Positions 1-12,765 of a DNA stretch of 64,000 nucleotides are shown here, piece by piece. Under the pieces are notes generated by a model, which ran no database searches, was not told where the DNA came from, and saw only the letters and a list, made by a program, of their open reading frames with translations. Made by a program: the position numbers and the translations under genes. Each line of letters starts with the position of its first letter. The stretch's first letter is position 1. The DNA comes from Octopus bimaculoides (lineage: Eukaryota), in NCBI RefSeq assembly GCF_001194135.2, contig NC_068984.1, forward strand, positions 26,009,425-26,073,424. The letters run 5' to 3'.

Positions 1-329
1 AAAGAGGAAAAAGTTCAAAGAGAAGGAAAGAATAGTCCAAAGAAAGACGGTTCGTCAACCCCACCCCATACTGTACCTTATGGATTCAGATATCTTTTGT
101 TGTGACTTCGGTGTTTCATCGGTGACTGGTGTTTTGAGACCGAGATGAAGTAAATATATTCTCATTGTGGAAACAAAATTACTTCCGTATATGGGTATTA
201 TGTGATACATCATAGGGTAAAACTGGAGAAATAGCATGTTGCCATCAAATAAATTTTGACGATTTCCACACTTGCAGTGACGTCATCGAATCTGGTGGAG
301 TTGATGAAACTGTCTCATTCTTTCAAACA

Positions 330-760
330 ACATAATGCAAACAATGTATGAACTGATAAAAACCAAGTTATAAACATAATACAATTAATAACTGTTCGAA
401 AATTTTCATCATTTAACTTTCTAACTATGAGGTGTGATGTCGTAACAGAAGAATTACACAATGCAATCTGTCGAAAGGATAGTTCTGATGGTAAAAATAT
501 AAGATATTATAGTGAAGAAGAGGGTACATTCTCCTATAAGACGAAAGAATACTTGGTGAATGTTCCATTTAAAATCAGCATAATATGTAACCATAACAGA
601 CGAGACATTATGATCTGGACAGAGAAAAGAAATTGTAGCAGAAATCAGTTGTCTGACAGACGATAACTAAATGTTAAAGATAAAAACAAAGAAGTAATGA
701 TAATCTGTAGATAAGACACCCGGGGTGTAACTTTGGATTTATGCCTCTGATTATTAGGGG
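330..760 (+). mobile_element. Decayed RLE-type non-LTR retrotransposon fragment (R4/Dong-like C-terminus)
   Basis: ORF 427-666 contains MRCDVV (RHD-like) and NHNRRDIMIW (HNRPD..IW endonuclease motif). Confidence 0.5.
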
Positions 761-939
761 GCTCGATTACGTAACTAGACTTGAAAATTGTGCTTCCCCA
801 AACCAGAAAAGATACGGCTAATTAAGAAATTTTAATTGTGAGTCATTAACAGAACTGTGAAAATATATATTAAACTATAAATAGGTGCAAATATATATAT
901 GTAAATATATATATGCAAATATATATATGTAAATAGGTG

Positions 940-985
<46 letters not shown>

Positions 986-1252
986 CACACAAACACACAT
1001 ATACATATATGTGTGTGTGTATATATGTACACACACATATATATGTATATACATATACATATATGTGCATGTGTATATAAATACATATTTATGTATGTAT
1101 ATAGATACGTATGTAGATACGTATATAGATATGTATATATACATATAGACAAACGCTATGCATACACGCATGCCTATCACGTGCATGAAAATAAAATGTC
1201 GTTAGGATAACTAATGCACTTGAGGAGGATCGTGAAAAAAAACCCTGACAGA

Positions 1253-1397
1253 GAAGAAGAAGAAGAAGAAGAAGAAGAAGAAGAAGAAGAAGAAGAAGAA
1301 GAAGAAGAAGAAGAAGAAGAAGAAGAAGAAGAAGAAGAAGAAGAAGAAGAAGAAGAAGAAGAAGAAGAACAACAACAACAACAACAACAACAACAAA
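1253..1397 (+). repeat. (AGA)n then (ACA)n microsatellite
   Basis: Visible directly. Confidence 0.97.
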
Positions 1398-1439
1398 TAA
1401 ACTGGTTCACTGAGAAAACTGAACATTTGTAATTCGAAA

Positions 1440-1700
1440 CGAAAAATTCAGACCATGGAGGAATAAACCATAATGTGAGCCGAGTATGGATTTTCGACAA
1501 ATTTGTAACATCTTGCCTATTCAATACAGAAGTAAATACCTACTACACAAAAGACTGAAATCAATAGCTGGCAGCAAAGCGAAATCCGAAGGCATTAATC
1601 ACATTATTGTCCACTGTGAAAAAATGTCTTCAAGATATTATCTTCTTCTCTTGAGCTATGACGTGTTAGTCAAAAACCATCTAGAATAACGTGTGAAAGA
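1440..1700 (+). mobile_element. Decayed RLE-type LINE fragment (zinc-knuckle region)
   Basis: EGINHIIVHCEKMSSRYYLLLLSYDVLVK resembles the EDINHII..C.KMS.RYYLP.RHDVVAK motif that precedes the RLE domain. Confidence 0.5.
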
Positions 1701-2184
1701 AAAAAATAGCAGTTTATAAATATTGGTATGTCGAGGTCGATTAATCGAAATTATATTATTGAAACCAAAGAATGAAAGCAACGTCTACACTAAAACAAAG
1801 TCGATTTGAATTTGTTGGTTGGAACCGCAAAATATAAACATAATCTGCCGTGGAAGCCAGCTGCTCACTTGATGTCAGTATGAGAAAATATTGGAGAGAG
1901 AAGATATCTAGGGACCAGTGATGAGAAATTTGCTTACCCAGTACAGTATCCTGTTTTCCCCATAGCTTACTACACACTTTGAAATACCCCATTCAGTCTA
2001 GCGTAAATACATTTTCACCTTTATATCCATTATTATTGGAGCAGTAGAGTACGCAGCAAACCGCCTGGTTTAAAGTATGGCTGAACTTGGATTCTCGGAG
2101 AAAGAAAGTAGCTCTAAAAGTCATATGTTACAGATGACCATAATATACGCTTCAAGTTTAGACGGTGAATGGTTGTGCTAAAGG

Positions 2185-2264
<80 letters not shown>

Positions 2265-2266
<2 letters not shown>

Positions 2267-2463
2267 ATTTGTCCTTCCACCATCACTTGACAACCGATGT
2301 TGGTGTGTTTACGTCCCCGTAACTTAGCGGTTCGGCAAAACAGGCCGATAGAATAAGTACTAGGCTTACAAAGAATAAGTCCAGGGGTCGATTTGTTCGA
2401 CTAAAAGCGGTGCTCCAGCATGGCTGCAGTCAAGATGACTGAAACAAATAAAAGAATAAAAGA

Positions 2464-2465
<2 letters not shown>
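2265..2465 (+). mobile_element. SINE family A, 3' half
   Basis: cttgacaaccgatg...gtccccgtaacttagcggttcggc...gcggtgctccagcatggc. Further partial copies at about 16785-16955(-), 54095-54240(+), 57190-57300(-), 25800-25930(-) and 30608-30668(+). Confidence 0.85.
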
Positions 2466-2522
<57 letters not shown>

Positions 2523-3469
2523 NNNNNNNNNNNNNNNNNNNNNNNNNNNNNNNNNNNNNNNNNNNNNNNNNNNNNNNNNNNNNNNNNNNNNNNNNNNNNN
2601 NNNNNNNNNNNNNNNNNNNNNNNNNNNNNNNNNNNNNNNNNNNNNNNNNNNNNNNNNNNNNNNNNNNNNNNNNNNNNNNNNNNNNNNNNNNNNNNNNNNN
2701 NNNNNNNNNNNNNNNNNNNNNNNNNNNNNNNNNNNNNNNNNNNNNNNNNNNNNNNNNNNNNNNNNNNNNNNNNNNNNNNNNNNNNNNNNNNNNNTATATA
2801 TATATATATATATATATGCTTCTACTTAACATATGGTATTTATCCTGGTGTAATGTCACCTCATTGTTGGTTTTGAACTAATTAGTGAGTGTAGGAAGGC
2901 TTAATTACAAGTAGTAAATCATTTTATGCATTTACTTATTTCTATAACCATAGTTGTTGTTGTTCATATTGTTTTTGTTATTGCTGACTTCAAGGCTCGA
3001 AATGTTTCCTTTCTTGCCAACTTAGGTCATCGGAGTGAGGAACAAAATTCAAACATGTTTAATTCAGTTTATTACAATTTAATTATGTTTAATTTATTTA
3101 TCATTTTTTTTTATAGATAACATCTTAAGAGACTCGCTAACGACTTAGCTTGATAAACTAGCACTCGTTTGGTGAATGATCCAAACATTCTACCAATCGA
3201 CGACGATTGACTATCGATACGAAAATCGAAATTATCAGAGTAAGCAATGTGAAAATCCTTTGCCCTTATACGGCGCAGAACAGTCAAATGAATTATTTTT
3301 CATCCAACACAGAATCAGAAATAAGCAACAGAATCAGAAGGGGGCAACACGGCAATAGTAGTAGCAGTAGCAGCAGCAGCAGCAGTAACAAAAAGCCGAG
3401 CAGTAATAAGAGCAGCGGTAACTAAGGCGAGGTACGCCAACGTTACTACGGGCCAAAGAAGGAACTTTT

Positions 3470-3645
3470 ACGTGGCAGCTTGACCTGCTAGAAATAGCAA
3501 CCAATTTTCCTTCGAGCTACAACCTACGGTTTTAGAACAAGGGCATTGGATAAGGTTGTCTTAGATGCATTATGTTGGGGGCCATGTTGAAATGCCTTTG
3601 TCATAGGGTTCTTCAATTAAAGTCGACCTATGACTAAACAACGAT
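3470..3645 (+). repeat. Dispersed repeat (gacctgctagaaatagc...atgcctttg.catagg...)
   Basis: Related reverse-complement segments at about 4940-5010, 43735-43935 and 44300-44345. Confidence 0.55.
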
Positions 3646-6251
3646 ATTCAACGACGACTACGTCCTCGCCGCTGCCGCTGCCGCTGCCGCTGCCGCTGCC
3701 GCTGCCGCTGCCGCTGCCGCTGATGCTGCCGATGCCGCCAATGCCGTCAATGCCNNNNNNNNNNNNNNNNNNNNNNNNNNNNNNNNNNNNNNNNNNNNNN
3801 NNNNNNNNNNNNNNNNNNNNNNNNNNNNNNNNNNNNNNNNNNNNNNNNNNNNNNNNNNNNNNNNNNNNNNNNNNNNNNNNNNNNNNNNNNNNNNNNNNNN
3901 NNNNNNNNNNNNNNNNNNNNNNNNNNNNNNNNNNNNNNNNNNNNNNNNNNNNNNNNNNNNNNNNNNNNNNNNNNNNNNNNNNNNNNNNNNNNNNNNNNNN
4001 NNNNNNNNNNNNNNNNNNNNNNNNNNNNNNNNNNNNNNNNNNNNNNNNNNNNNNNNNNNNNNNNNNNNNNNNNNNGCCGCCGACGACGAAATGATTACGA
4101 CGACCACGACAATCATTAATACAAGTATCGCCAGATCTATCAGATACAGAAGATAGAAAATTTGCTTAGAGGAGGATGCTAAGCAGGTAAATGAAAATGT
4201 TTAATTGTAGCATGCATTGAGTAAGGGAAACAATAAATGAAGCCACAACTACATCAGTACACCCACTAAAGCCCCGAGAAAATATTATAATTTTATTGTA
4301 TGCGTTTTCTAAAAATTGGTTATCCACAAACACATGGTATGGGGGTGAAACTGTGAATAAGGGGACATTTAATAAACAGTCTTATATAAGAAAGTAGCAG
4401 TGATTGTCACTGACGCCAAACAGTCGACTTGCTGACACTATGGCTTTTCTCGGATGCAAGAACAAGATTTTAGGGTTCGACTATTCCTTTCATCCTTTAG
4501 AAAGTAAGTACCAGTTAAGTGCAAGAGTCAATTACATTGACTTCCCTCTGTTCTAAAAATTAGAAAAAAATATTAATGTTATTGTCGTAAAATATATTAA
4601 ACTAAGCTATTACAATCAAACGAAGTCTGTGTAATTAGAGCTAAATCGTTTATCGGTGACAAAAGGCTGAGATCCAGAGGAAGACATTAATGTTATGATT
4701 AGATTTTAATTTGACAAGAAACAAAAATCAGACACTTTCGCCAAACTTGTTTGGAAATTATGAAGCACTGTTAGTAGGTTTTGAAACTGAAACTTAAAGA
4801 ATTCTCACAACTGTTAACAGTGAAGGTGGTGCATTAAAACATTCTGAAGTCAGAAGATTCAATGTGTTGTTGAGCTTGCCCTTCAGTAGCTCTTATTTCT
4901 CCAGTGTTTTAAGTTCGAGAGCGATGGTTATACAATTATTATTGTGGCTTAACCCCAGGTCATTCTCGATTGAGCAGACCTATGATCAAAGGCATCCCGA
5001 CCGTGACTAACCCCCTCTCTCTTTTTATTCAGACACTATATAACTATATATTTTATAATCCTTTCATAAATGAGTGAATGACCATGGTATGTTTTGAAGA
5101 GATTTTGAGAATGATTGAGGAAAGGGAGTAAATTATCCACAATATGAAGACAACACCAGATGCTTGTAACAAAATGAACACCGCTAGAAGCACCCGAAAT
5201 CGGGCGTCAGGGAAGACCCAGTTTAACCATTTGACAATTAAGTCTGCCAACATGAAATCAGAGTGCAAATATCCAGTACAAAACACACAAAAGATCTAAG
5301 TTAGCTGCTTTAACAATCCTGCCAATTCACGGCCGAAGATTAATGTTTAATTTTAACGACTCCAGAAGGATGGAGGACAAAGTTGATATCAGTGGTATTT
5401 AAACCCAGAGTGTACAGATCCACGCGTGTGTTTAGTAGTCATTCTAGCAATTTCCAATCACGAGCTATGGGTCAGTTTGTCAACTCGAGGCAGCTATGTC
5501 ACAAGTCACTCGACCAAAGTGTCGCACCGAAGGTTCGATCCCGAAGCCAATTTCTTTTTTGTCCTTTTGCAAACCGAACTTAACCTCATAGCAATGGCTT
5601 TTAGTGGCTGTGCTTAAGAATCTCGATCAGCAATAGATCAGCATATATTAAAACAACAGCAAAACAAAACATGTTCTGCCTGCAAAACCATTTTCCTAGC
5701 GATTCACTAAGGACGTTGAAGAATTTGCGTGGGCAGGGTTACACTTTCTACACTGTATAAACATTTAACGTAAATGACACATGTAAGACAGTTGATAACT
5801 GCCTCCTGAGTGGGCGTTTTATTCCAGATGCTCAATAAATTCGATATTTCCTAGGTTAGCTCCGTTCTCTCTCTCCTTCTAATTTGATTACTTTTGCCTC
5901 TTTTGTTTTATTGTTGTTTCTATATTTCTTTGCATCTTTCTTTCTTTCTTTCTTTTATATATTTCTACATTCTTGCTTTCCGTATTTCTTTCATTTTGAT
6001 TATTTTGTCTACTTTTCATTTTCTATATCCTTATTTACTTCATTTATTGCTTCTCTTCATTCCTACTTTCCTTTTCTTTTTATTCTCCTCCGCCGCCTCC
6101 ATTCTCTCTCTCTCTCTCTCTCTCTCTTTCATCCTCTCTTTCTATCTCTCTCTATCTGCTCAACTCAATACAAAATTGAAGCATGTCATATCTGTTCTAT
6201 ATACCACTCCACGTGTAACATTATGACATGATACAGACCATTCTAAATATT

Positions 6252-6485
6252 TATTTCTTTATTGCCCACAAGGGGCTAAACACAGAGGGGACAAACAAGG
6301 ACAGACAAAGGGTGTAAGTCGATTACGTCGACCCCAGTGCGTAACAGGTACTTATTTAATCTACTCCGAAAAGATTAAAGGCAAAAGTCGACCTCGGAGG
6401 AATTTGAACTAAGAACGTAACGGCAGACAAAATACCACTAAACATTTCGCCCAGGGTGCTAACGTTTCTGCCACTTCGCCACATT
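6252..6485 (-). mobile_element. tRNA-derived SINE family B with a 16-bp TSD
   Basis: TSD gaccattctaaatatt at 6236-6251 and 6486-6501. Body gtcgacttttgcctttaatc...aagtacc; tail cccttgtgggcaataaagaaata. Confidence 0.9.
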
Positions 6486-6728
6486 GACCATTCTAAATAT
6501 TATATATATATATGTATGTATGTATGTGTGTGTGTGTGTGTGTGTGTNNNNNNNNNNNNNNNNNNNNNNNNNNNNNNNNNNNNNNNNNNNNNNNNNNNNN
6601 NNNNNNNNNNNNNNNNNNNNNNNNNNNNNNNNNNNNNNNNNNNNNNNNNNNNNNNNNNNNNNNNNNNNNNNNNNNNNNNNNNNNNNNNNNNNNNNNNNNN
6701 NNNNNNNNNNNNNNNNNNNNNNNNNNNN

Positions 6729-6760
<32 letters not shown>

Positions 6761-7280
6761 TGCATAAATAAATATCTAGATGTATATGTGCATGTATGTA
6801 TACATATATTAATATTTCTTTATGTTTAGTTTTAATAAAAAAATAATGTGGCAGTCCTGGATGGGACGGGTGAGAGGCTCACCACCCCCATCCAGCACAA
6901 AGCAACATCTGTGGACCGGTTTCTGGGTTATTTATCAGCACTTCGAAAATATAAGGACACAAATATTGTGTCGTATGGCCAGCTGGAAACGACGTTTCTT
7001 GGGACTAAACAACAGTAGCATTCGTCCCATTCAGGACTGCCACATTATGTTGGCAAATAGTCTTTACTTTAAAGTATCGTTACTGAATATCTCTCTTTGA
7101 GAGATTTAGAAATAATAATGTTTCTATTTAATACAAACAATTTTGCATCAGTCTGAAGGGTTACTCTGTATTTTTGTGGCGCACAAATTTATTATTCTTA
7201 AACAAGAATATAATTGACAGGGAATTCTAAGTTTCGGCCAGCTAAGCCATCGTCGGACTGTGTGTGTGTGTGTGTGTGTA

Positions 7281-7312
<32 letters not shown>

Positions 7313-7857
7313 TGTGTATGTGTGTGTGGTATTGTCGTGTATATATCAATATATTTGTTGCTATATATCGCCGGTCACAGTGCGCTTCGCATTGTTTTAA
7401 CTTTTGAAAGATGTTAGCCCACTGGCTAGGTTGGCAGGCCAATGCACACACACACACACGCACACACACACACATACACACACACGATTGGCACAAAGAC
7501 ATCCTTTTATTTCTCCACATAAGTTTTAGCTTTGGGTGCCCTATCATCAGTTTTTTTGTGACTTCAACTTCAAGAAGTCGCTACAGTGCTCGCCGTGGTA
7601 ATGACATAAAGCATCACATTTTATACCACGCGTGACAAATAGGTTCAACTACCGATAGCATTTTCTCATTGGATTTTACAATTACAGGTATCATAGTTAT
7701 TTTCCAAGAGAGACAAAATGTATATTCTGACGTTCAAATGTTTCTAAAGGAATTAGTATTTTTAACATTTCCGACTGAGAATCAAAACTACAACTTTGAT
7801 TTAAAGTGTTTATTATTGTCCACTGCCTCTATATGTTACTCTACACACAATACAATT

Positions 7858-8237
7858 TGTTGGCACTCCGTCGCTTACGACGTCGAGTGTTCCAGTTGAT
7901 CCGATCAACGGAACAGCCTGCTCGTGAAATTAACGTGCAAGTGGCTGAGCACTCCACAGACACGTGTACCCTTAACATAGTTCTCGGGGATATTCAGCTT
8001 GACACAGTGTGACAAGGCTGACCCTTTGAATTACAGCTAAAACAGAAACAGGAAGTAAGAGTGAGAGAAAGTTGTGGTGGAAGTGTACAGCAGGGTTGGC
8101 CACCATGCCCTGCCGGAGCCTCGTGGTGCTTTAGGTGCTTTCGCTCAATAAACACACACAACACCCGGTCTGGGAATCGAAACCGCGATCCTATGACCGC
8201 GAGTCCGCTGCCCTAACCACTGGGCCATTGCGCCTCC
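7858..8237 (-). mobile_element. SINE family C
   Basis: Colinear and highly similar to 41361-41735. Confidence 0.9.
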
Positions 8238-8866
8238 TAAACAGTACAATATACAAGTTAAAAATCATATATTTTACAAGTCAGAGAAAGGGAAAAAAAG
8301 AATTAAACTTTTTTTCAGATTAATAAGATGTTAAAGGTGTTATGAGGCATTGCCCTAGATATCCGCATTTCTTTCTCCTGTCTTCTTTTATTTTTAATCT
8401 TCCTGGGTGGCATACTCTATGGCTATATTTTGTTTTCATTTTTGTTTGGCTATTTTATAATTTTGAAGTTGAATCAAGTACCGATAACTGTTGCTTCCTT
8501 TATCGGTTGGAAAAAGGTTGACTTTTAGCTGCTAGCCTCAGGGGAGGTAAGGCTGTGAATACTGCCAACATCTGATATCTGTCTTATAGGCATTAATCGG
8601 AAGCTCTATGGTCTCTCAAGTGTCATAATGGTGTGTCTATATTGCCTGGTCAGGCAACATGAGATTCTCAGGCAGCTGGAAATGTCTTTGAATTCAGTCG
8701 AGCCGATCTGACAAACGTCATGTTTTTTTTTCTCAGTCCTTTGCGTTCCCTTCTCCTCTCGGCTGCTATTTTGGTTTCGCATTATGGACGTCTGTTTCCA
8801 TACTTTGAATATCATTCTTTTCTCAACACAAATGCCATAAATGTATATCCTATACGACTCTACCAT

Positions 8867-9010
8867 CTTCTTCTTCTTCTTCTTCTTCTTTTTCTTCTTC
8901 TTCTTCTTCTTCTTCTTCTTCTTCTTCTTCTTCTTCTTCTTCTTTTTCTTCTTCTTCTTCTTCTTCTTCTTCTTCTTCTTCTTCTTCTTCTTCTTCTTCT
9001 TCTTCTTCTT
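8867..9010 (+). repeat. (CTT)n microsatellite
   Basis: Visible directly. Confidence 0.97.
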
Positions 9011-11507
9011 CACCACAAGTAATCAAAATGGAAATAGCACTTCACTACACATTAAAAGGGTTGAGTAATGAGACTGTGTGGTGTTCATGCCTTTTTCAAA
9101 CGCATAAACAGTTAGGAATAAAATCTCTACAACAGTGAATCGAAGCCTTTTCACAGTTTTGTCTCACCGTTCAATGGAACAAATATTACATAGATACAAC
9201 ATCAAATATTATAAGCAATAAGATATAAGAACATTGTGAGGTTTATGAGTTTTTCTAATGATATTAACAATTTATTGATTGCAAGCAGGAAGCGAAGCAA
9301 CATTAACATTTTACTATAGTCAATATAAAAGACAATAAAACAGTAAATATAAATTTCTCATTGCGGCTAAAACTTCTCTGATTTGTCAACGTCGTGTAAC
9401 TAATCCCGATATATCGGTACGATGAACATCGAAAAGACTTTCGATTGCCTACGAAGCAAATCAACAGCAGCACCAAACCGTTTTCTCTTCGACAGATTTC
9501 TAGTCCTGTTCATAGCAGTATTAGATCTTTTTGCTTTATTTCTAGTTACACACGTCTTTGTCTATCTGTTCGTCTGTTTGTCAATCTCTTATTGTCTAAT
9601 TGCTATTTTCTCTCTCCCTCTCTCTCTAAGCTTTGCACCAAATATTGCTAACTACACGTTGTTATTGCTAGACTCATCTTCCTTGAAAGTATTTTCTTTA
9701 CGAAGTATCAATGTCATACATTTTCTATTCCTGTCATCCGTATTACCCACATCAATAGCATCTATATGTTTATCTCTTCTACCTGATACTGAGACATAAT
9801 AATAACAAAATATTTTTATTAGTATTACATTTCATGCAATATTAAACTGTGGAATAGGAGGTAACTTCGTAGGTGTACAGTGTTCTGCTCCTTCCATTAC
9901 TGAATAAACGGCTAGACCATCACACCAAGGTGACGTACTTCAGTTCGTAATAAAATGTTATTACTTCGGTACTCGATTTACACTAATTTTATCGAAGGAT
10001 AGATAAAGGTTAAAGGCGACTTCTAAACGTAAAGAACAGTAACTAAACACTGGTTTAGGGGCCAGAGTTTGTCGATACTTGCAAAATTGATTACAGCGTG
10101 ATTTGAACTGAGAATGTAAAGAACCAGTGTTATCACAATGTATTTTATCCGATGCTATAATGATTCTGCCAATTCACTGCACTTATAATGATTAAAACCG
10201 CATAATATTCTGTCCAATGCTCTAACTATACTTTCAGTACTCCAGAATATGATTCTAGAGATAAGCTGTTTTGTTGATGGTTTGGTTCGGACGCTGGAAA
10301 AACTAGGGTTAAAAGGAAAATATCTAGTTGAATTACATAAGATTAAGAGGAGTATTTAGGGATGAAGACATATTTGATCATTTGGATAGTAGTTTTAGTG
10401 GATAAATGCTTAAGCGATAAGTATTTTTCAAGCTGTTATAAAGCAGAATTGGTATTCTCAAAATGTAGCATATCTAAGTGAAAGCAGCACAAGAAAAGGC
10501 ATTAACACGCATATTTACGCATTCATGTGTATCATCATGTATGCACGTCTGTTGTTATATATAAATTACAACACACATACACACATGTATATATATATAT
10601 ATATATATNNNNNNNNNNNNNNNNNNNNNNNNNNNNNNNNNNNNNNNNNNNNNNNNNNNNNNNNNNNNNNNNNNNNNNNNNNNNNNNNNNNNNNNNNNNN
10701 NNNNNNNNNNNNNNNNNNNNNNNNNNNNNNNNNNNNNNNNNNNNNNNNNNNNNNNNNNNNNNNNNNNNNNNNNNNNNNNNNNNNNNNNNNNNNNNNNNNN
10801 NNNNNNNNNNNNNNNNNNNNNNNNNNNNNNNNNNNNNNNNNNNNNNNNNNNNNNNNNNNNNNNNNNNNNNNNNNNNNNNNNNNNNNNNNNNNNNNNNNNN
10901 NNNNNNNNNNNNNNNNNNNNNNNNNNNNNNNNNNNNNNNNNNNNNNNNNNNNNNNNNNNNNNNNNNNNNNNNNNNNNNNNNNNNNNNNNNNNNNNNNNNN
11001 NNNNNNNNNNNNNNNNNNNNNNNNNNNNNNNNNNNNNNNNNNNNNNNNNNNNNNNNNNNNNNNNNNNNNNNNNNNNNNNNNNNNNNNNNNNNNNNNNNNN
11101 NNNNNNNNNNNNNNNNNNNNNNNNNNNNNNNNNNNNNNNNNNNNNNNNNNNNNNNNNNNNNNNNNNNNNNNNNNNNNNNNNNNNNNNNNNNNNNNNNNNN
11201 NNNNNNNNNNNNNNNNNNNNNNNNNNNNNNNNNNNNNNNNNNNNNNNNNNNNNNNNNNNNNNNNNNNNNNNNNGAATCACTTCAGACTCTCTGGAAGTGA
11301 GGAAGTGATGTAGGTAGAACAAATGATTCACTTTCACATACACACGTGAAAATCCAAGTAGCTATTGAATGAATCATCTACTTTACGTAAATACAATACA
11401 CCGAATGTATTGAGTACTCTCCTAGTTTGCATGTATGTATGTATGTACAGTGCGAAACTGGTACTTATTTTTTATCGACGCGAAAAGGATGAAGACAAGT
11501 CGACTTC

Positions 11508-11543
<36 letters not shown>

Positions 11544-11584
11544 TATAATAATAATAATAATGATAATAATGATAATTTTTTCTC

Positions 11585-11780
11585 ACAAGGGCAGCTTGAG
11601 GGCGGTGGGGATGGGTCGATTACATCGACCCCAATGTTCAACTGGTACTTATTTTATCGAATCCGAAAGGAAGACAGGCAAAGTCGACCTCGGCGGAATT
11701 TGAACTCAGAACGTAGTTATGGGCAAAATACCGCTAAGCATTTCGTCCAGCGCGCTAACGATTCTGCCAGCTCGCCGCTT
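11585..11780 (-). mobile_element. SINE family B whose head abuts the U6 retrocopy
   Basis: Head aagcggcgagctggcagaatcgttagc; ends in a (TTA)n tract at about 11510-11580. Confidence 0.85.
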
Positions 11781-11785
11781 TAAGG

Positions 11786-11855
11786 AAATATGGTACGCTT
11801 CACGAATTTGCGTGTCATCCTTGAGCAGGGGCCATACGGCAGTACATATTTAAAA
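11786..11855 (-). pseudogene. U6: 5'-truncated U6 snRNA retrocopy with an inverted 5' segment
   Basis: 11786-11835 is the reverse complement of U6 nt ~56-105 (ATGGCCCCTG.GCAAGGATGACACGCAAATTCGTGAAGCGT.CCATATTT, 2 mismatches to the human U6 sequence as I recall it). 11837-11849 (cggcagtacatat) matches U6 nt 11-23 in the opposite orientation (12/13). Confidence 0.88.
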
Positions 11856-11884
11856 AAGAAAAATAGTAATAAAAAAATAATAAA

Positions 11885-12765
11885 AGTAACACCGACTGGC
11901 AAGGCAACATGGGCAGATTAAGAAACTGCACTCAATCTCAAAGGAGGCATATAAATACAGACAAGAGCTTAACCTCTCTGATTATGATGATGATAAGGAA
12001 GACACACCACCCACTACGGTAGCAAAAAAAGTGTAAAACAAAAGCCAAACAAGAAAGCTTGAAAGTAATATCGAGACTGTGGCAAGAAAAACCATTGCAT
12101 GGGCAATATGGAGGCTGATGTAGATATGAGAAGAACTCATCAGTGGCTGCAGAGTGCTAGTTTGAAAACCGAAACAGAAGGAGTTATCCTAGCGGCACAA
12201 GATCAGAGTATCCTCACTCGGAACTATCAAGCTAATGTCAAACCCAATGAGGTAGACACAAAGTGTAGACTCTACAATGACAGATTCGAGAGTATTGATC
12301 ACATTGTTGCCGGTTGCTCAGTCCTGATCCCTACAGAATATATATAACCAAGCATGATTGAGTTGGCCAATACTTGCACTGGAGTGTGTGTTGTCACTAT
12401 GATATACTGCACCCGAAGAACTGGTATGAACATTGTCCAAAGCCAGTCACTGAGGGAGAGAATGTTACCATCCTATGGGATTATGGGATATAAACAAACA
12501 GGCAAATAAATGATAACAGACCAGACATCATCATCAAAGACCTAAGACAAAAGCATGCCTGTTAATTGATATGAGAGTGCCTGCTGGTAGAAACAACTCA
12601 GCAAAGGAATTTTAAAACCTATCAAAATATAAGGACCTTGAGATTGAGATATCTAGGACGTGGAAATTAAAAGCTAAAACCATCCCTGTTGTAGGTGCCC
12701 TAGGAATGATCAAGAAAGGTAGTGACAAATCTTTTGACTAGACCCCTGGGAAATCAACAATTGAT
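11885..12765 (+). mobile_element. R4/Dong-clade LINE 3' fragment (post-RT region, CCHC, RLE), frameshifted
   Basis: HQWLQSASLKTETEGVILAAQDQSILTRNY; KCRL...ESIDHIVAGC; DNRPDIIIKD; YKDLEIEISRTWKLK..IPVVGALGMIKKG. Confidence 0.9.

Noticed and set aside
1-240. Open frames at the window start (KEEKVQREGKNSPKK...; minus-strand 60-aa ORF)
   Set aside because: No motif recognised, and it adjoins a decayed LINE fragment.
5053-5286. 77-aa hydrophobic ORF (WLNWVFPD...VLLAVFILLQ) resembling a membrane protein exon
   Set aside because: No recognisable family and no convincing splice-site pair; hydrophobic ORFs arise easily in AT-rich DNA.
8450-8720. Possible Penelope GIY-YIG fragment (ISCCLTRQY...)
   Set aside because: Similarity is too weak and broken by stops.
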